IMG/VR virus record: IMGVR_UViG_3300037852_000225
Span: 1-55,713 of that record
Reading direction: 5' to 3' (one strand)
From: a virus
Lineage: Duplodnaviria; Caudoviricetes
DNA length: 55,713 nucleotides
Below, piece by piece: positions 26,387-36,800 of this stretch. The notes beneath the pieces were generated by a model. That model made no database searches. It worked only from the letters and a program-made list of their open reading frames with translations, and had not been told where the DNA came from. Made by a program: the position numbers and the translations under genes. Numbering within the stretch: position 1 is the stretch's first letter; each line of letters opens with the position of its first letter.

Positions 26387-28198
26387 ATGTCAGATGCGGT
26401 ATTACAAGGACAGGGAATAGGACCGGGTATTGACTACAGCGGGTTTCAACATGCAGTTCAGGCTGGTGTTCAGAATCGTTATCGCCGTGAGCAAATGGCA
26501 CTCCGCCAACAGGGACGCAAGGATTTGAATCAGGAATTTGAAGAAAGACAACTTGACCCATCCAAAAGAATAACCGGGACTATATATGATGGATATATCA
26601 GCGACGGGTATAACCAGTTAATAAATCAGTCGTCACAACTTGCACAGGAAGGAAAAAGTATACCTGAAATTCAAGGAGTCATTGGCCCGAAACTTACTCA
26701 AATGAGTAACCAATACAACACCATCAAGCAGATGAATAAGCAGATTGAGGAATATGGTGCCAGGTTTAAAGGACAACCTGGATATAATGCAGAGGCGCTT
26801 ATCAGTCACGCAAAAGGGATGGCTTTCCAGAATTACGATGCTGATAAAAAAATGTATACAGGGATGAAAGATGTGAACTCCCTTGATCCGAATACTAACT
26901 GGGTGGAAGAGGCTATAAAGCAGCACCCGGAAGATATTTCAAATGAAGAAGGGATACAGAAAGCAATTAATTCATCAAAACAGGACGTTTATAATCCAAG
27001 GACTGTCACCTCAGTTGCAGGGAAAAAATATGAAACAGGCTATGATGCTAAAATGTACCCATGGCAGCAATTCAGTAAAGAAACCGATGAGTATAAGAAT
27101 CCAAAATCCGTTGAAACACATGGAGATATTATCCATACTGCTGATGGCCAGGATGTTCATATTGCGACCGATCCAGTGTTTCATGATTTCATGGGCCGGG
27201 TAGGTGTGGCTCCATATATTAATGCGGAGACTAAAAAAGCATTTCAGGCGGCTGGAGGGGAAGCGCCAAGGCAGGATAGCCCACAGTGGGAGACGATGCA
27301 AAAGCATATTCTCTACGATATACTGGATAGAAATTCAGCCAAAACATATTCTCCCGTTTCCAAAAGTACGGAAACCGGAGCTGCGGCCAAGATTGAGATT
27401 AGGCAGGCCGACCCAGCAGCATATTATAAGAATATCCACGATGAAGCCGAAGCTCATGCTGAAGGAACGGCAGCCGGGAAACCTGCTACCGAAGCATCCA
27501 AGAAAACAAATGTTGCTGGCGCAATAGGCGGGGTGTTTAACAACGACCCGAATTATACCAGCGGTGATATGACAGAACTGCCAGACGGCAGAAAAGTGAT
27601 TGATGTGACTTCAAAAATGCCAACGGGAGCCTTGAAATTTGGGAAAGATAAGAATCAGGAATATACCGGCGTGTATTTTGACCCTCTGAAACGCTCTTTA
27701 ATCGTGAATAAAGGTAAGCAGCAGGAAGAAATCCCTGAATCCCAGGCGGGACAGTTTATTACCCGTGTGGCTGAAGCAAACGGACTTCCTATGTCAAAAG
27801 TCCGTGGTGAACTGGCAAAAATGGGATTTCAAAATGGTAAGTTTCAAAATGCCGGGCAAAGTGATTTTACCGAACGAATCGCGCAAGCAGGTCAGGCCGC
27901 GCAGGAAAAACACAATTCGCATGTGGATGATTTAATTGATAAAGAGAAGTATAGTTCTATCAAAGGAATGAAAACCGCTGATGGCGAGGCTGTTGAAGGT
28001 GGTGAACGAAACTTTGTTTCAAAACTGTTTGGCGATAAGTATTATGTTACCGTGAAAGGCAAAGATGGTAAAACCAAAGATGTAACCTTTGCCGATAAAG
28101 AAAAAATGGCAGATTACCTGAAAGGTGGAGCACAAGCGCCTAAGCCAGTAAGCCAAGCAGCTCCATCCGCTACCGTAAAAAAAGGAGTTCTTGATTAA
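26387..28198 (+). CDS. Putative internal virion/cargo protein
   Basis: 603 aa, hydrophilic, Cys-free, in the cargo series. Confidence 0.55.
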   Translation: MSDAVLQGQGIGPGIDYSGFQHAVQAGVQNRYRREQMALRQQGRKDLNQEFEERQLDPSKRITGTIYDGYISDGYNQLINQSSQLAQEGKSIPEIQGVIGPKLTQMSNQYNTIKQMNKQIEEYGARFKGQPGYNAEALISHAKGMAFQNYDADKKMYTGMKDVNSLDPNTNWVEEAIKQHPEDISNEEGIQKAINSSKQDVYNPRTVTSVAGKKYETGYDAKMYPWQQFSKETDEYKNPKSVETHGDIIHTADGQDVHIATDPVFHDFMGRVGVAPYINAETKKAFQAAGGEAPRQDSPQWETMQKHILYDILDRNSAKTYSPVSKSTETGAAAKIEIRQADPAAYYKNIHDEAEAHAEGTAAGKPATEASKKTNVAGAIGGVFNNDPNYTSGDMTELPDGRKVIDVTSKMPTGALKFGKDKNQEYTGVYFDPLKRSLIVNKGKQQEEIPESQAGQFITRVAEANGLPMSKVRGELAKMGFQNGKFQNAGQSDFTERIAQAGQAAQEKHNSHVDDLIDKEKYSSIKGMKTADGEAVEGGERNFVSKLFGDKYYVTVKGKDGKTKDVTFADKEKMADYLKGGAQAPKPVSQAAPSATVKKGVLD

Positions 28199-30261
28199 TG
28201 GATGAAGAACAACAAATAGCGCCTCCGCCTACCGATCCGGTAGAGAAATTGTATAATGCTGTACATGATAATGGATTATACACTAAATCATTGGAAGAAT
28301 TTAAGGATAAATATTCCACGCCAGAAGCACAGCAAAAATTATATTCTGTTGTTAAAGAACATGGACTTTACACCAAATCGGCAGATGAATTTACAGGTAA
28401 ATATTTTGGTACAGCACCTCAAAAAGCAGATGCGGCAGCATCCGCTCCTTACAGGCCAGACCTTGGTATCCGTAATCCATCTGAATCTACGCAAGGGCCG
28501 AAGATATCGCTTCAAAAACCGCCGAACACAACAAATGCAGATCAGTTTCCAATAGAAAAGCAGAAAGCTGCCGACACCTTAAAGGCGCTCACCGATAAAC
28601 ATGCAGATCAGGCTATCGACCACCTGAATGCAAACGATATGCGTGACCGGATGACACAGATACAAAATGCGGCGCAATCAGGTGCCATGACCCCAGAAGC
28701 CGCTGATAAAGCGCAACAGCAACTCATGGCGGAGACTTTTAACTTTAGCCAGAGAAAAGATCAGGTAAAATCTTCTCTTCCTGATAATCCGGTATTACAG
28801 AAAAAAATAGAAAACACTATTGCTGGTATACACCCCGAACTTGCTCCCGCTATTCAGAAAGCTCAATATCTTGAAGCCGGCGACGACCAAAACCAGAATA
28901 AAAAACTTGCAAATGCAAAAGCTATTGAGAAAGGAGAACTTACTTTCCAGCATGGGCAGTTATATAGACCCCTTGGCACGTTAGAGTCTATTGCGGAGGC
29001 AGTAAAACAAAATAAGCAGGCTATTGACGCGCATGATAAGGAGGTCACCCAGTCTGATACGCAAAACATGAATGCACTGTTGAATAAACGCCTTTCATAT
29101 AATCCTGATGATCCAATCAATCTTCCGTCTGGTGTGGGGAATTTGATAGGGGGCCAAATACCCATAACCATCAAAGGCGGAGCAATAGCAGCGGTGACTT
29201 CACTATTGCCGGAAAGTAAGGTTTTGGCGCCTATGTTCTCCGCACTTGGAGTTGCTGCGGATATGGCAAAAGCTACACATCATAACTCCCTCGAACAGCA
29301 TTTTAACAGCAACATGGATAAAGGGATGTCGGCTGAAGAGGCTTACAAAGATGCAAAAGATAAAGCCGGTTTTGATTCCATGGCTGATTATATGCAAGGC
29401 TTGGTGATGGGTGGTGCCGGTGCTCATGTCGGAATGGGTGAATTAAATCTTGAAAAACTTACTCCCGGGTTTAAGAATATTGCGAAAACACTCGCTAACA
29501 ATACCGGACGGATCCTTGAGCATGGCACTCCAGAAAGCATCGTTTCCGGACTTACATCTGGAGGCGCCCAGGTTGCAAAAAATGTGCAGGAGGGAAAAGA
29601 TTATTCCGAAGGAGTGCCAGAAGCACTTCTGATAGGTGCCGCACTTCCTCACATGATTGGGATTGCTGCCAGAGGGGCCGGAGGACTTGTTGACCCTAAA
29701 ACATATAGCACGGTCATGTCCGGATTGGGTAAAATTCCTGATGTCGGTGCAAAAGTGGATGAAATTGTAGCTTCCGGTCACATGACACCACAGGCCGGCG
29801 TGGAAGTAAAGAAAAATATTCAGGATAATGCAAAAATTGATGACCAGATTCCGCCAAACATAACGGACGAGGATACGAGGTTAAAACTGAAAGATGCTCT
29901 TACCCAGCGCGATGAACTGGTGGCGCAGGAAGCAAAAACGCATCCCGCATTGAAGGCCGATGTAAAGTCGCAGATTTCAGAGGTTGATAAAAGCATTAAG
30001 GAGATGCTCAAGCCAGCAGAAGAGCCAAAACCGACCGAAGGGCAGGCAGCACCTACTGGTAAACCGGAAGCGATAACACCGCGATCACCGGAAGAAGTCA
30101 GTAAAATGCTCAAACAGGAACTGCCTAATAAATATCAGAAGGTGACATTAAAAAATGAAGCGACAGGCGAGGAAGATGAAATGTCTGCAAGCCTGGCGCA
30201 AAAGAAAACAGCGAAAAAAGTTGATATTTTAAATAAACTTATAGATTGTATCGGTGCATAA
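28198..30261 (+). CDS. Putative internal virion/cargo protein with N-terminal LYTKSxxEF repeats
   Basis: Two N-terminal repeats of about 30 aa, central Gly/Ala-rich hydrophobic segments, ends IDCIGA. Confidence 0.6.
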   Translation: MDEEQQIAPPPTDPVEKLYNAVHDNGLYTKSLEEFKDKYSTPEAQQKLYSVVKEHGLYTKSADEFTGKYFGTAPQKADAAASAPYRPDLGIRNPSESTQGPKISLQKPPNTTNADQFPIEKQKAADTLKALTDKHADQAIDHLNANDMRDRMTQIQNAAQSGAMTPEAADKAQQQLMAETFNFSQRKDQVKSSLPDNPVLQKKIENTIAGIHPELAPAIQKAQYLEAGDDQNQNKKLANAKAIEKGELTFQHGQLYRPLGTLESIAEAVKQNKQAIDAHDKEVTQSDTQNMNALLNKRLSYNPDDPINLPSGVGNLIGGQIPITIKGGAIAAVTSLLPESKVLAPMFSALGVAADMAKATHHNSLEQHFNSNMDKGMSAEEAYKDAKDKAGFDSMADYMQGLVMGGAGAHVGMGELNLEKLTPGFKNIAKTLANNTGRILEHGTPESIVSGLTSGGAQVAKNVQEGKDYSEGVPEALLIGAALPHMIGIAARGAGGLVDPKTYSTVMSGLGKIPDVGAKVDEIVASGHMTPQAGVEVKKNIQDNAKIDDQIPPNITDEDTRLKLKDALTQRDELVAQEAKTHPALKADVKSQISEVDKSIKEMLKPAEEPKPTEGQAAPTGKPEAITPRSPEEVSKMLKQELPNKYQKVTLKNEATGEEDEMSASLAQKKTAKKVDILNKLIDCIGA

Positions 30262-30751
30262 CGATGTAGAACTGGACGAGATAAATGAACTGCTCTCTGA
30301 AGTGAGGATAGATTATTCCGCTTCGGCAATAGCGCAGTTGCTCGAAACTCTTAATGAAGTGTCAGGGAAGTTGAGTTCAAAGTCTTTTTATGACGAGAAG
30401 CTGGGGCAGGAGATATGTGCTGCTATGGCAGGAATTGTAAAGTCACTGTTAGCACTCAAACCTGTCCAAGTTGATCTGTCACCATTAATTGCTGAAATGG
30501 TGAAGCAAAATAAGGCTATCTTGGATATAATAAGCCGAAAGGAAGCGAAGCATGATGACAGCAAATACCAGGAACTTCTAAAAATGACGCTCGATGTGAT
30601 TGCAAGGAACAATTCATTTATGCAGCGGATGATAGATGTTCCTCGTCCTGAAGTGGCCGCAACAGTAGTTGATAAGCGACCAACGGAATGGGAACTGGAA
30701 ACCACAAAAGATATGTACGGAAATTTCAAAACTAAAGCTAAAGCAAAATGA
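30254..30751 (+). CDS. Hypothetical helical protein
   Basis: 165-aa ORF overlapping both neighbours. Confidence 0.65.
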   Translation: MHNDVELDEINELLSEVRIDYSASAIAQLLETLNEVSGKLSSKSFYDEKLGQEICAAMAGIVKSLLALKPVQVDLSPLIAEMVKQNKAILDIISRKEAKHDDSKYQELLKMTLDVIARNNSFMQRMIDVPRPEVAATVVDKRPTEWELETTKDMYGNFKTKAKAK

Positions 30752-31239
30752 ATAACGAAAATACAGTAGCGACGGATAGAATGTCGTTCACGCTCGGTAA
30801 GGGATGTCCAGAGTCATTGCTACTTGAGGCAAATGTACTTATCGAACTGTTCGATAAGTACGGAAATAAAAAAGATGAACGCCAGTTACATAACACCGTT
30901 ACTGCTGCTGGCAAAGCAGGGTTGCTGGATCAGTCGCTTGCTGCGCCAACGCTTGCAAAAGCAGGATGGATGGCGATAGGAACCGGAAGTCCTGCGGCTA
31001 CTCTACTTGGCGCAGAAATAGCCCGTGTGGTATTTGACTCAAAAACGAGGTCTACAAATGTGCTCACTATGATTACTACTTTTCCGGCAGGAACGGGAAC
31101 AGGAGCTTTGACTGAGGAAGGTCTTTTCGATGTGGTAACAGCAAATACGGTGAATATGTGGTGTTCCAGTTCATTTTCTGTGGTGAATAAAGGTGCATCA
31201 GACATACTCGTGATAACACATACGTTAAGTGTGAATTAA
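30748..31239 (+). CDS. Tail-collar/fibre-base-like structural protein
   Basis: NTVTAAGK...WMAIGTG...LGAEIAR...LTEEGLF...VNKGASDILVI resembles phage tail-collar fibre N-terminal domains. Confidence 0.55.
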   Translation: MNNENTVATDRMSFTLGKGCPESLLLEANVLIELFDKYGNKKDERQLHNTVTAAGKAGLLDQSLAAPTLAKAGWMAIGTGSPAATLLGAEIARVVFDSKTRSTNVLTMITTFPAGTGTGALTEEGLFDVVTANTVNMWCSSSFSVVNKGASDILVITHTLSVN

Positions 31240-31267
31240 CGTTTAACAGTAAACCACAAAATAATGC

Positions 31268-31275
31268 TATATTTG
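31268..31275 (+). promoter_or_regulatory. Bacteroidota -7 promoter box for the HNH gene
   Basis: Exact TATATTTG, 4 nt before the ATG at 31280. Confidence 0.5.
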
Positions 31276-31279
31276 ATTT

Positions 31280-32020
31280 ATGAGAAAAATAAAATATAAT
31301 CATAAACATTGCATCGCTTGTGGAAAAGAGATGATTAATGAAGGTCCTGCAAGAGTAAGTCAAAAAGTATGGGCCAATAAAAAATATTGTTCTCGCAAAT
31401 GTAGAAGAACCGAATCTCAGCCTGGATATGTTGAGAGTAAAATTTGCCCAACATGTGGAATTATTTTTCGCAGAAAAAAAAATCATAGAGGCATTCTGTG
31501 GACAGATAAGGTATATTGTTCTTCAAAATGTTGCAATTCACGTAAAGAGAGAAAAAGAGTGATGCAAAATTGTGTGATATGTGGTAAATCGTATAATCCA
31601 CGAGGAGTTATAGCGAATAGTAAAACTTGCTCGCATATTTGTGCCGGTAAACTTCATTCTAAAAATACTATGGGTGCTCGCCATAATTTATGGAATGGTG
31701 GTAGAGTTAAAACAAGACAGGGTTATATTAGAATCTGGATATCAGAAGATCATCAGTTGGCTTCTATGAAACCAAAAGGAAGTAATCATATATTGGAACA
31801 CAGATTAGTTATGGCAGAAATTTTAGGTAGGCCGCTATTTGATTGGGAAACTGTCCATCATAAAAATGGTAAAAAGGACGACAATAGAAAAGAGAATCTT
31901 GAATTAAGGACCGGGCATCACGGACAAGGAGCAACCCACCATTGTCAAACATGCACTTGTGGACAACGACTTGAATTAACAGAGAATCCTATTTTTCAAA
32001 TTTGGAGTAAAGCAGTTTAA
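31280..32020 (+). CDS. HNH endonuclease with N-terminal zinc-finger repeats
   Basis: Three CxxC...CSxxC units; EHRLVMAEILGRPL...VHHKNGKKDDNRKENLEL. Confidence 0.9.
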   Translation: MRKIKYNHKHCIACGKEMINEGPARVSQKVWANKKYCSRKCRRTESQPGYVESKICPTCGIIFRRKKNHRGILWTDKVYCSSKCCNSRKERKRVMQNCVICGKSYNPRGVIANSKTCSHICAGKLHSKNTMGARHNLWNGGRVKTRQGYIRIWISEDHQLASMKPKGSNHILEHRLVMAEILGRPLFDWETVHHKNGKKDDNRKENLELRTGHHGQGATHHCQTCTCGQRLELTENPIFQIWSKAV

Positions 32021-32314
32021 ATGGCAACGGACAATACACAACTGAATGCAGCCAGTACAACCGGAGATTTAATTTCAACCGATTTACTTCCTGATGGGTC
32101 TAAGGTTCAGAATGTAAAAGAAGGATTCGGTGGAAAGGATTCTATGACGCAGGTATCGTTATCTAATCCATTACCAGTTCAGGAACAACCAGATATTTTA
32201 AATCAGATATTGGTTCAACTCAGGGTTATGAATAAAATATTAATAATTATAGCTAATACCACTGATGATTTAGATAGGATGACTTCTGAAGAATCACTAA
32301 TTATAAACATTTAA
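32021..32314 (+). CDS. Hypothetical putative virion protein
   Basis: 97 aa with VSLSNPLPV motif. Confidence 0.6.
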   Translation: MATDNTQLNAASTTGDLISTDLLPDGSKVQNVKEGFGGKDSMTQVSLSNPLPVQEQPDILNQILVQLRVMNKILIIIANTTDDLDRMTSEESLIINI

Positions 32315-32324
32315 AAAATAAAAT

Positions 32325-32957
32325 ATGCCACTTATTAATCTAAGTTCACTGGCTCTCCCGGTAAAAGCATTTGTCAATAACGGTAATGCTGGTGCGCCTG
32401 GAGGTGTAGCAAACGAGTTAATGATTTCTGAATTAGTGGGCAAATATGCCACATTGGTCAAGTTGGGAGTTGTATTCAGCGCTTATGCCACGCTTACGGC
32501 CCCTGTTATTTTTTCAACTGCTGCTGGTACTGGTGGGCCGCTTTTATGGAACAAGCCAAGTTCCAATATTGATGCTCATATATTGGGAGTAGGGTTCAGT
32601 TCGAGCGTTGTGACTACGGTTGCAGGGGGTTTGGGATTGACTGGTAACGGCGGTCAATCCGTTGCTCCGGGAACCACGACCGCAATAGATGCTAGTGGCA
32701 ATATGCTAATTGGAGGTAAAACATCCGGCTGTAATGTGTATAGAATTGGAACGCCGGCTAACGCAGGCGCTCAACTGTTTCCGTTTGCACAGTTTCACAC
32801 AGGCGCATTGACAGTTGATACAACGCTGTTGACATGGATTGATTTAGGTGGTGCAATGATAGTACCTCCAGGTTGTTGGGCATCACCGGCAGGAACGGCA
32901 ACACTCACAACATTACAGGTACAGATTGGTCTGTTATGGGCTGAACTTCCAGATTAA
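32325..32957 (+). CDS. Hypothetical Gly/Thr-rich beta protein, putatively structural
   Basis: 210 aa, IVPPG...WAELP C-terminus. Confidence 0.6.
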   Translation: MPLINLSSLALPVKAFVNNGNAGAPGGVANELMISELVGKYATLVKLGVVFSAYATLTAPVIFSTAAGTGGPLLWNKPSSNIDAHILGVGFSSSVVTTVAGGLGLTGNGGQSVAPGTTTAIDASGNMLIGGKTSGCNVYRIGTPANAGAQLFPFAQFHTGALTVDTTLLTWIDLGGAMIVPPGCWASPAGTATLTTLQVQIGLLWAELPD

Positions 32958-32968
32958 TCCTATGATAC

Positions 32969-33835
32969 ATGCTGTTACCATTACAATTAAACAATCTGAT
33001 GGGGGCAACCCTAACGCTGGCCCTTTCAGATTCGGTTACTACTTCGGATGCTGTGGTAAAAAAGATTCAACCGGCAGCGTTTGCGGATTCGGCAACCAGT
33101 AGTGACACGGTTGTAAAGAATATACAGCCTTTAAAGGCAGATTCAGTCACTTCAAGTGATTCGGTAGTAAAAAATATCCAGCCGTTAAAATCTGACAGCG
33201 TAACATCTTCAGACACGGTTGTGAAGACGATAAAACCTGTAAAGGCTGATTCGCTCACAAGTTCTGATGCGGTTACGAAAAGCAGTCAGCCCCTAAAGGC
33301 AGATTCGGTCACAAGTTCCGATGCTGTCATTAAAACAATCGAACCTGTTAAGAGTGACTCGGTAACAAGTTCTGACTCGGTAATTAAGTCGGTTAGACAA
33401 ACAAAATCAGACTCTGTAACAAGTTCCGACGCTCTTTCAAAGACTGATGCTCTTTTAAAAACTGATTCCGTTTCGACCCAAGATTTGCTTACCACTTCCG
33501 AAAGATTTGCATTGGGATTGTCAGATATTGTAGTTGGTTCGGATGGGGTTATTAAGCAACAGGTTACAAGTAAATCGGATGCGGTCGTTTCGGGTGATGG
33601 AATTCAATTACAGACACAACTTATTAAATCTGATGCCGTTACGGTATCAGATGCGCTTGTTGAAGGAATTACGCATTTGGTTTCTGTTAGCGATTCGGTG
33701 ATTGCCAATGATAATGTAACATTTACAATCACTGGTAGTGGCGATGGCAGGAAACGAAAATCAAGGAAATGGGAAGATGAGGAAGCATTGCATCAAATTT
33801 TGCAAACATTTCTATTATGCCAGGAGGATTTATAG
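32969..33835 (+). CDS. Ser/Thr/Asp-rich repeat protein (putative fibre)
   Basis: About 9 clear 18-aa repeats DSVTSSDxVxKxxxPxKx, then degenerate copies. Confidence 0.75.
   Translation: MLLPLQLNNLMGATLTLALSDSVTTSDAVVKKIQPAAFADSATSSDTVVKNIQPLKADSVTSSDSVVKNIQPLKSDSVTSSDTVVKTIKPVKADSLTSSDAVTKSSQPLKADSVTSSDAVIKTIEPVKSDSVTSSDSVIKSVRQTKSDSVTSSDALSKTDALLKTDSVSTQDLLTTSERFALGLSDIVVGSDGVIKQQVTSKSDAVVSGDGIQLQTQLIKSDAVTVSDALVEGITHLVSVSDSVIANDNVTFTITGSGDGRKRKSRKWEDEEALHQILQTFLLCQEDL
33029..33480 (+). repeat. 54-bp period coding tandem repeat
   Basis: Repeat-initial Asp codons at 33086, 33140, 33194 and onward (54-nt spacing); codons diverged. Confidence 0.85.
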
Positions 33836-36800
33836 ATTGTTTAGGTAAAAGTGGACTATCTCCAGCGGAGAGGAACTATGTTCTGGCTCAACAGCAACTT
33901 CATATCAAATCAGGACTTGGCGAAGATGAAGCTGCCATCGAATCTGTAAAAAACCTGCATCATAAAACACTCGATTCACTAAACCAAGTTTATTCAGACC
34001 TTAAAATTAAAGGATATGCCGTTCCAAAGCGAAGCGCAACGAAGGATGATGTGGTTAAAGCACCCGGCGATAGCAGCAAGGTGGGCAAAGGAGATGAAGG
34101 CCAAGGGGCAAAGCCAGAAGAACCTGCCATACCACAAACACCAGGCACAACAGTCGTCCGCCATGGCACATCGGTAGAAGACACCCAGAATGTGCTTAGT
34201 GGCCAGAGTCAGACACCAATTACAGAAAAATCCAAAGCAGAAGAGATTCCGAAGCTAATACAAGACCTGCAAGACAAGGGAATTTCTCCTACAAAAGTAT
34301 ATTCTTCTGACCTCATGCGGGGAGCACAGACCGCTGCCGAGGTAGCAAAAGCGTTTGGCGCAGAGCATATTCAGGACCCTAATCTTCGCTCATGGGATCT
34401 TGGTGAGTTCTCTAAAACCGGGGATGAAGCGTTTAAACCAGCGCAGAGGTTCTTCGTTGACAACCCTGATGCTAAAGAATTTGAAGGTAAGAAACTGGGA
34501 GAATCATTCAATGAGTATAAGAACCGTGTTATCAAGGCCAGGAAAAATATCCCTGATGATCCGGCAAACTTGGTTGTGGACCATTCCAACAATATGGCAG
34601 TGAACGATGCCTATGAAAAAAATGGTAAGCAGTGGAACGACCAGGCTAAGGAAGACTACATGAGCACAAAAAATGCCGCTCCGGCTGAACTTCCAGACAA
34701 AACACTCATAAAAGATCAGCCGCAGGCTTTTAAAGATTTCTACGATACATTCAAAAATGAGATAAATTCGGTTAAAAATAGCGAGTACGATTGGCGGGTT
34801 AACATTCCGGATATGACGCAATCCGAAAGAGAAGCCGCTGTAAGGGATATAGATGCCGGCAAACAGACAAAACGAGCAGAAAAATTCCTTACCGCACTAA
34901 AAGAGCAGCATGACGACGGGAATATTCAGTATACAAGAGGCCGTGGAGCCAATGTTGAAAAAATGTCTATTCCTACCGCAAAATGGAATGAGGCGGAAGA
35001 ATATGTTGTAAGGGATATCGGTTCCGGTTTCATCCCAATGAAAGATATTGGAGATTTATTTGAACAAGAAATTAAACGCAATGATTATGGCAAAGAAAAA
35101 CTTCCAGATGTTTCAGAGTCACGTTCAGCAGACACCGGGCATAATGAAACTGATGCAAAGGCTGGACCGTCCACAGCAGGTGCAGGCGATGAAAAACGTG
35201 TACCACCGGATGGTAAAGGCAAAGGCAATGAGTCTAAGCAACAAGATAGAGGAAACGAACCCGTATCCACCAATTTCCGCACCAAAGACGAGTTTGAGTT
35301 AGGACTTAAAAAAGCCCTCAAAGGACCACCCTCCGATCCTGTTGTACCAAAGCTGGATGTCTCTGATGAGCAGATAAGGTATGCCCGGCGCAACAGTTAC
35401 CCAGAGTATAAGAAAAAATATGGTGGCACCCAGGACGAGTATAATATCGTCCGTGCCCAGAAGGCACTGGCTAAAGTTGGTGACCGTGGCCAAGGGGTAA
35501 CTCCTCCGCAATATGCCGATCCTGTTAAAGCACTTCAAACTATTCGTGCAGAGCATGACGACCCACTTATGAACCGGGCGGCTAACTTCTTGGAACCCAT
35601 AATGAAGGCCAACCCGAATATCCATATCGAAGACGCTGACCTTGGCGGGCGGGTGTTGGGTCTCTCTCATCCTGATGGCCGTATACAGGTTGATTTCTCG
35701 GCACACGGGAGCATGGAAGATGCTCACCGGACCATCCTGCACGAACTCTTTCACGCCGCTACGAGAAACGAAATTGAAAAGAATCCTGCTTTTCGTGGAG
35801 AAGTGAGGTCCATGCTTGAAGAAATAAGGAAACAGATGGGGCTCCCAAAAGGTAATGTTGGTGACGTGCTTATACCGGAACTGGTAAGGCGTGACATTAT
35901 CCCGGCTGATAAATATGGCACGTCTAATGAACATGAACTGATTGCAGAGGTGTTCTCCAATCAGAAGTTTCGTGATATGCTGGCTGATATGAAAGTTCCT
36001 GATGAACATAAAAAAAATATGCTCCAAAGGGTTTATGAAGGAATAGTCCGTTATTTCAACCGCCAGTATGATGCTCTTAAAAACCTGAAAGATAAGATTT
36101 CCGCTCCCAATATGGCTGAACACCTGATGCAACTTACCGAAGGAACAGTGAAGGGAGGAAAGACTGAAGGGGAGGCATTTCCAAAGCTGAAAGGTGCAGA
36201 TGAAGAAGACGCTATTGCAAATATGGTGAAGCGGGCACCTGATTCCATGACGGATCAGGAACTAAAAGAGTCAATAATGAAACATTCGTCTCTGGATGAG
36301 GCAAAAGTGGATGAGTTGATTAAGGCAAGAGGTCTTACGCCAGAGGTCAAATTGAGCCATGCAATTCAGGATATTGCAAAGAATAAAAAGACACTCGATG
36401 CAAAAATAGATGCTGCAAACAAATTGACAGCACAAGAAAAATCTGACATAGCAGGTTCAAAAGTAAGTTCTGCTATTTCACCAATTAAGAAAGTATTTGA
36501 TAAACTAAAATCGACAGCGATAGCAGTAAAAGACGCTTATGTAAACAAACCTGAATGGAAAAGCATGGATAAGGCTATTGGTGAATACAGTTACTCAAAG
36601 CAAAAAAATGATAAGGAAGTAATGGATATGGTAAATCATTTGACTAAAATGATTCCAGACAAAGGCAAAAGAGAAGCAATTTCTAACTGGATAGAAGCTG
36701 GTGGTGATATGAATATGTTAAAAGAAAGGGCTGAAAAATCGGATGCTAAACACAAGGGTGGTTACATATTGGCACAGCATTTAACACCATCTGAAATAGA

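Noticed and set aside
35299-36132. 277-aa minus-strand ORF and similar shadow ORFs across the structural region
   Set aside because: Antisense shadows of well-supported genes, with no protein-like motifs
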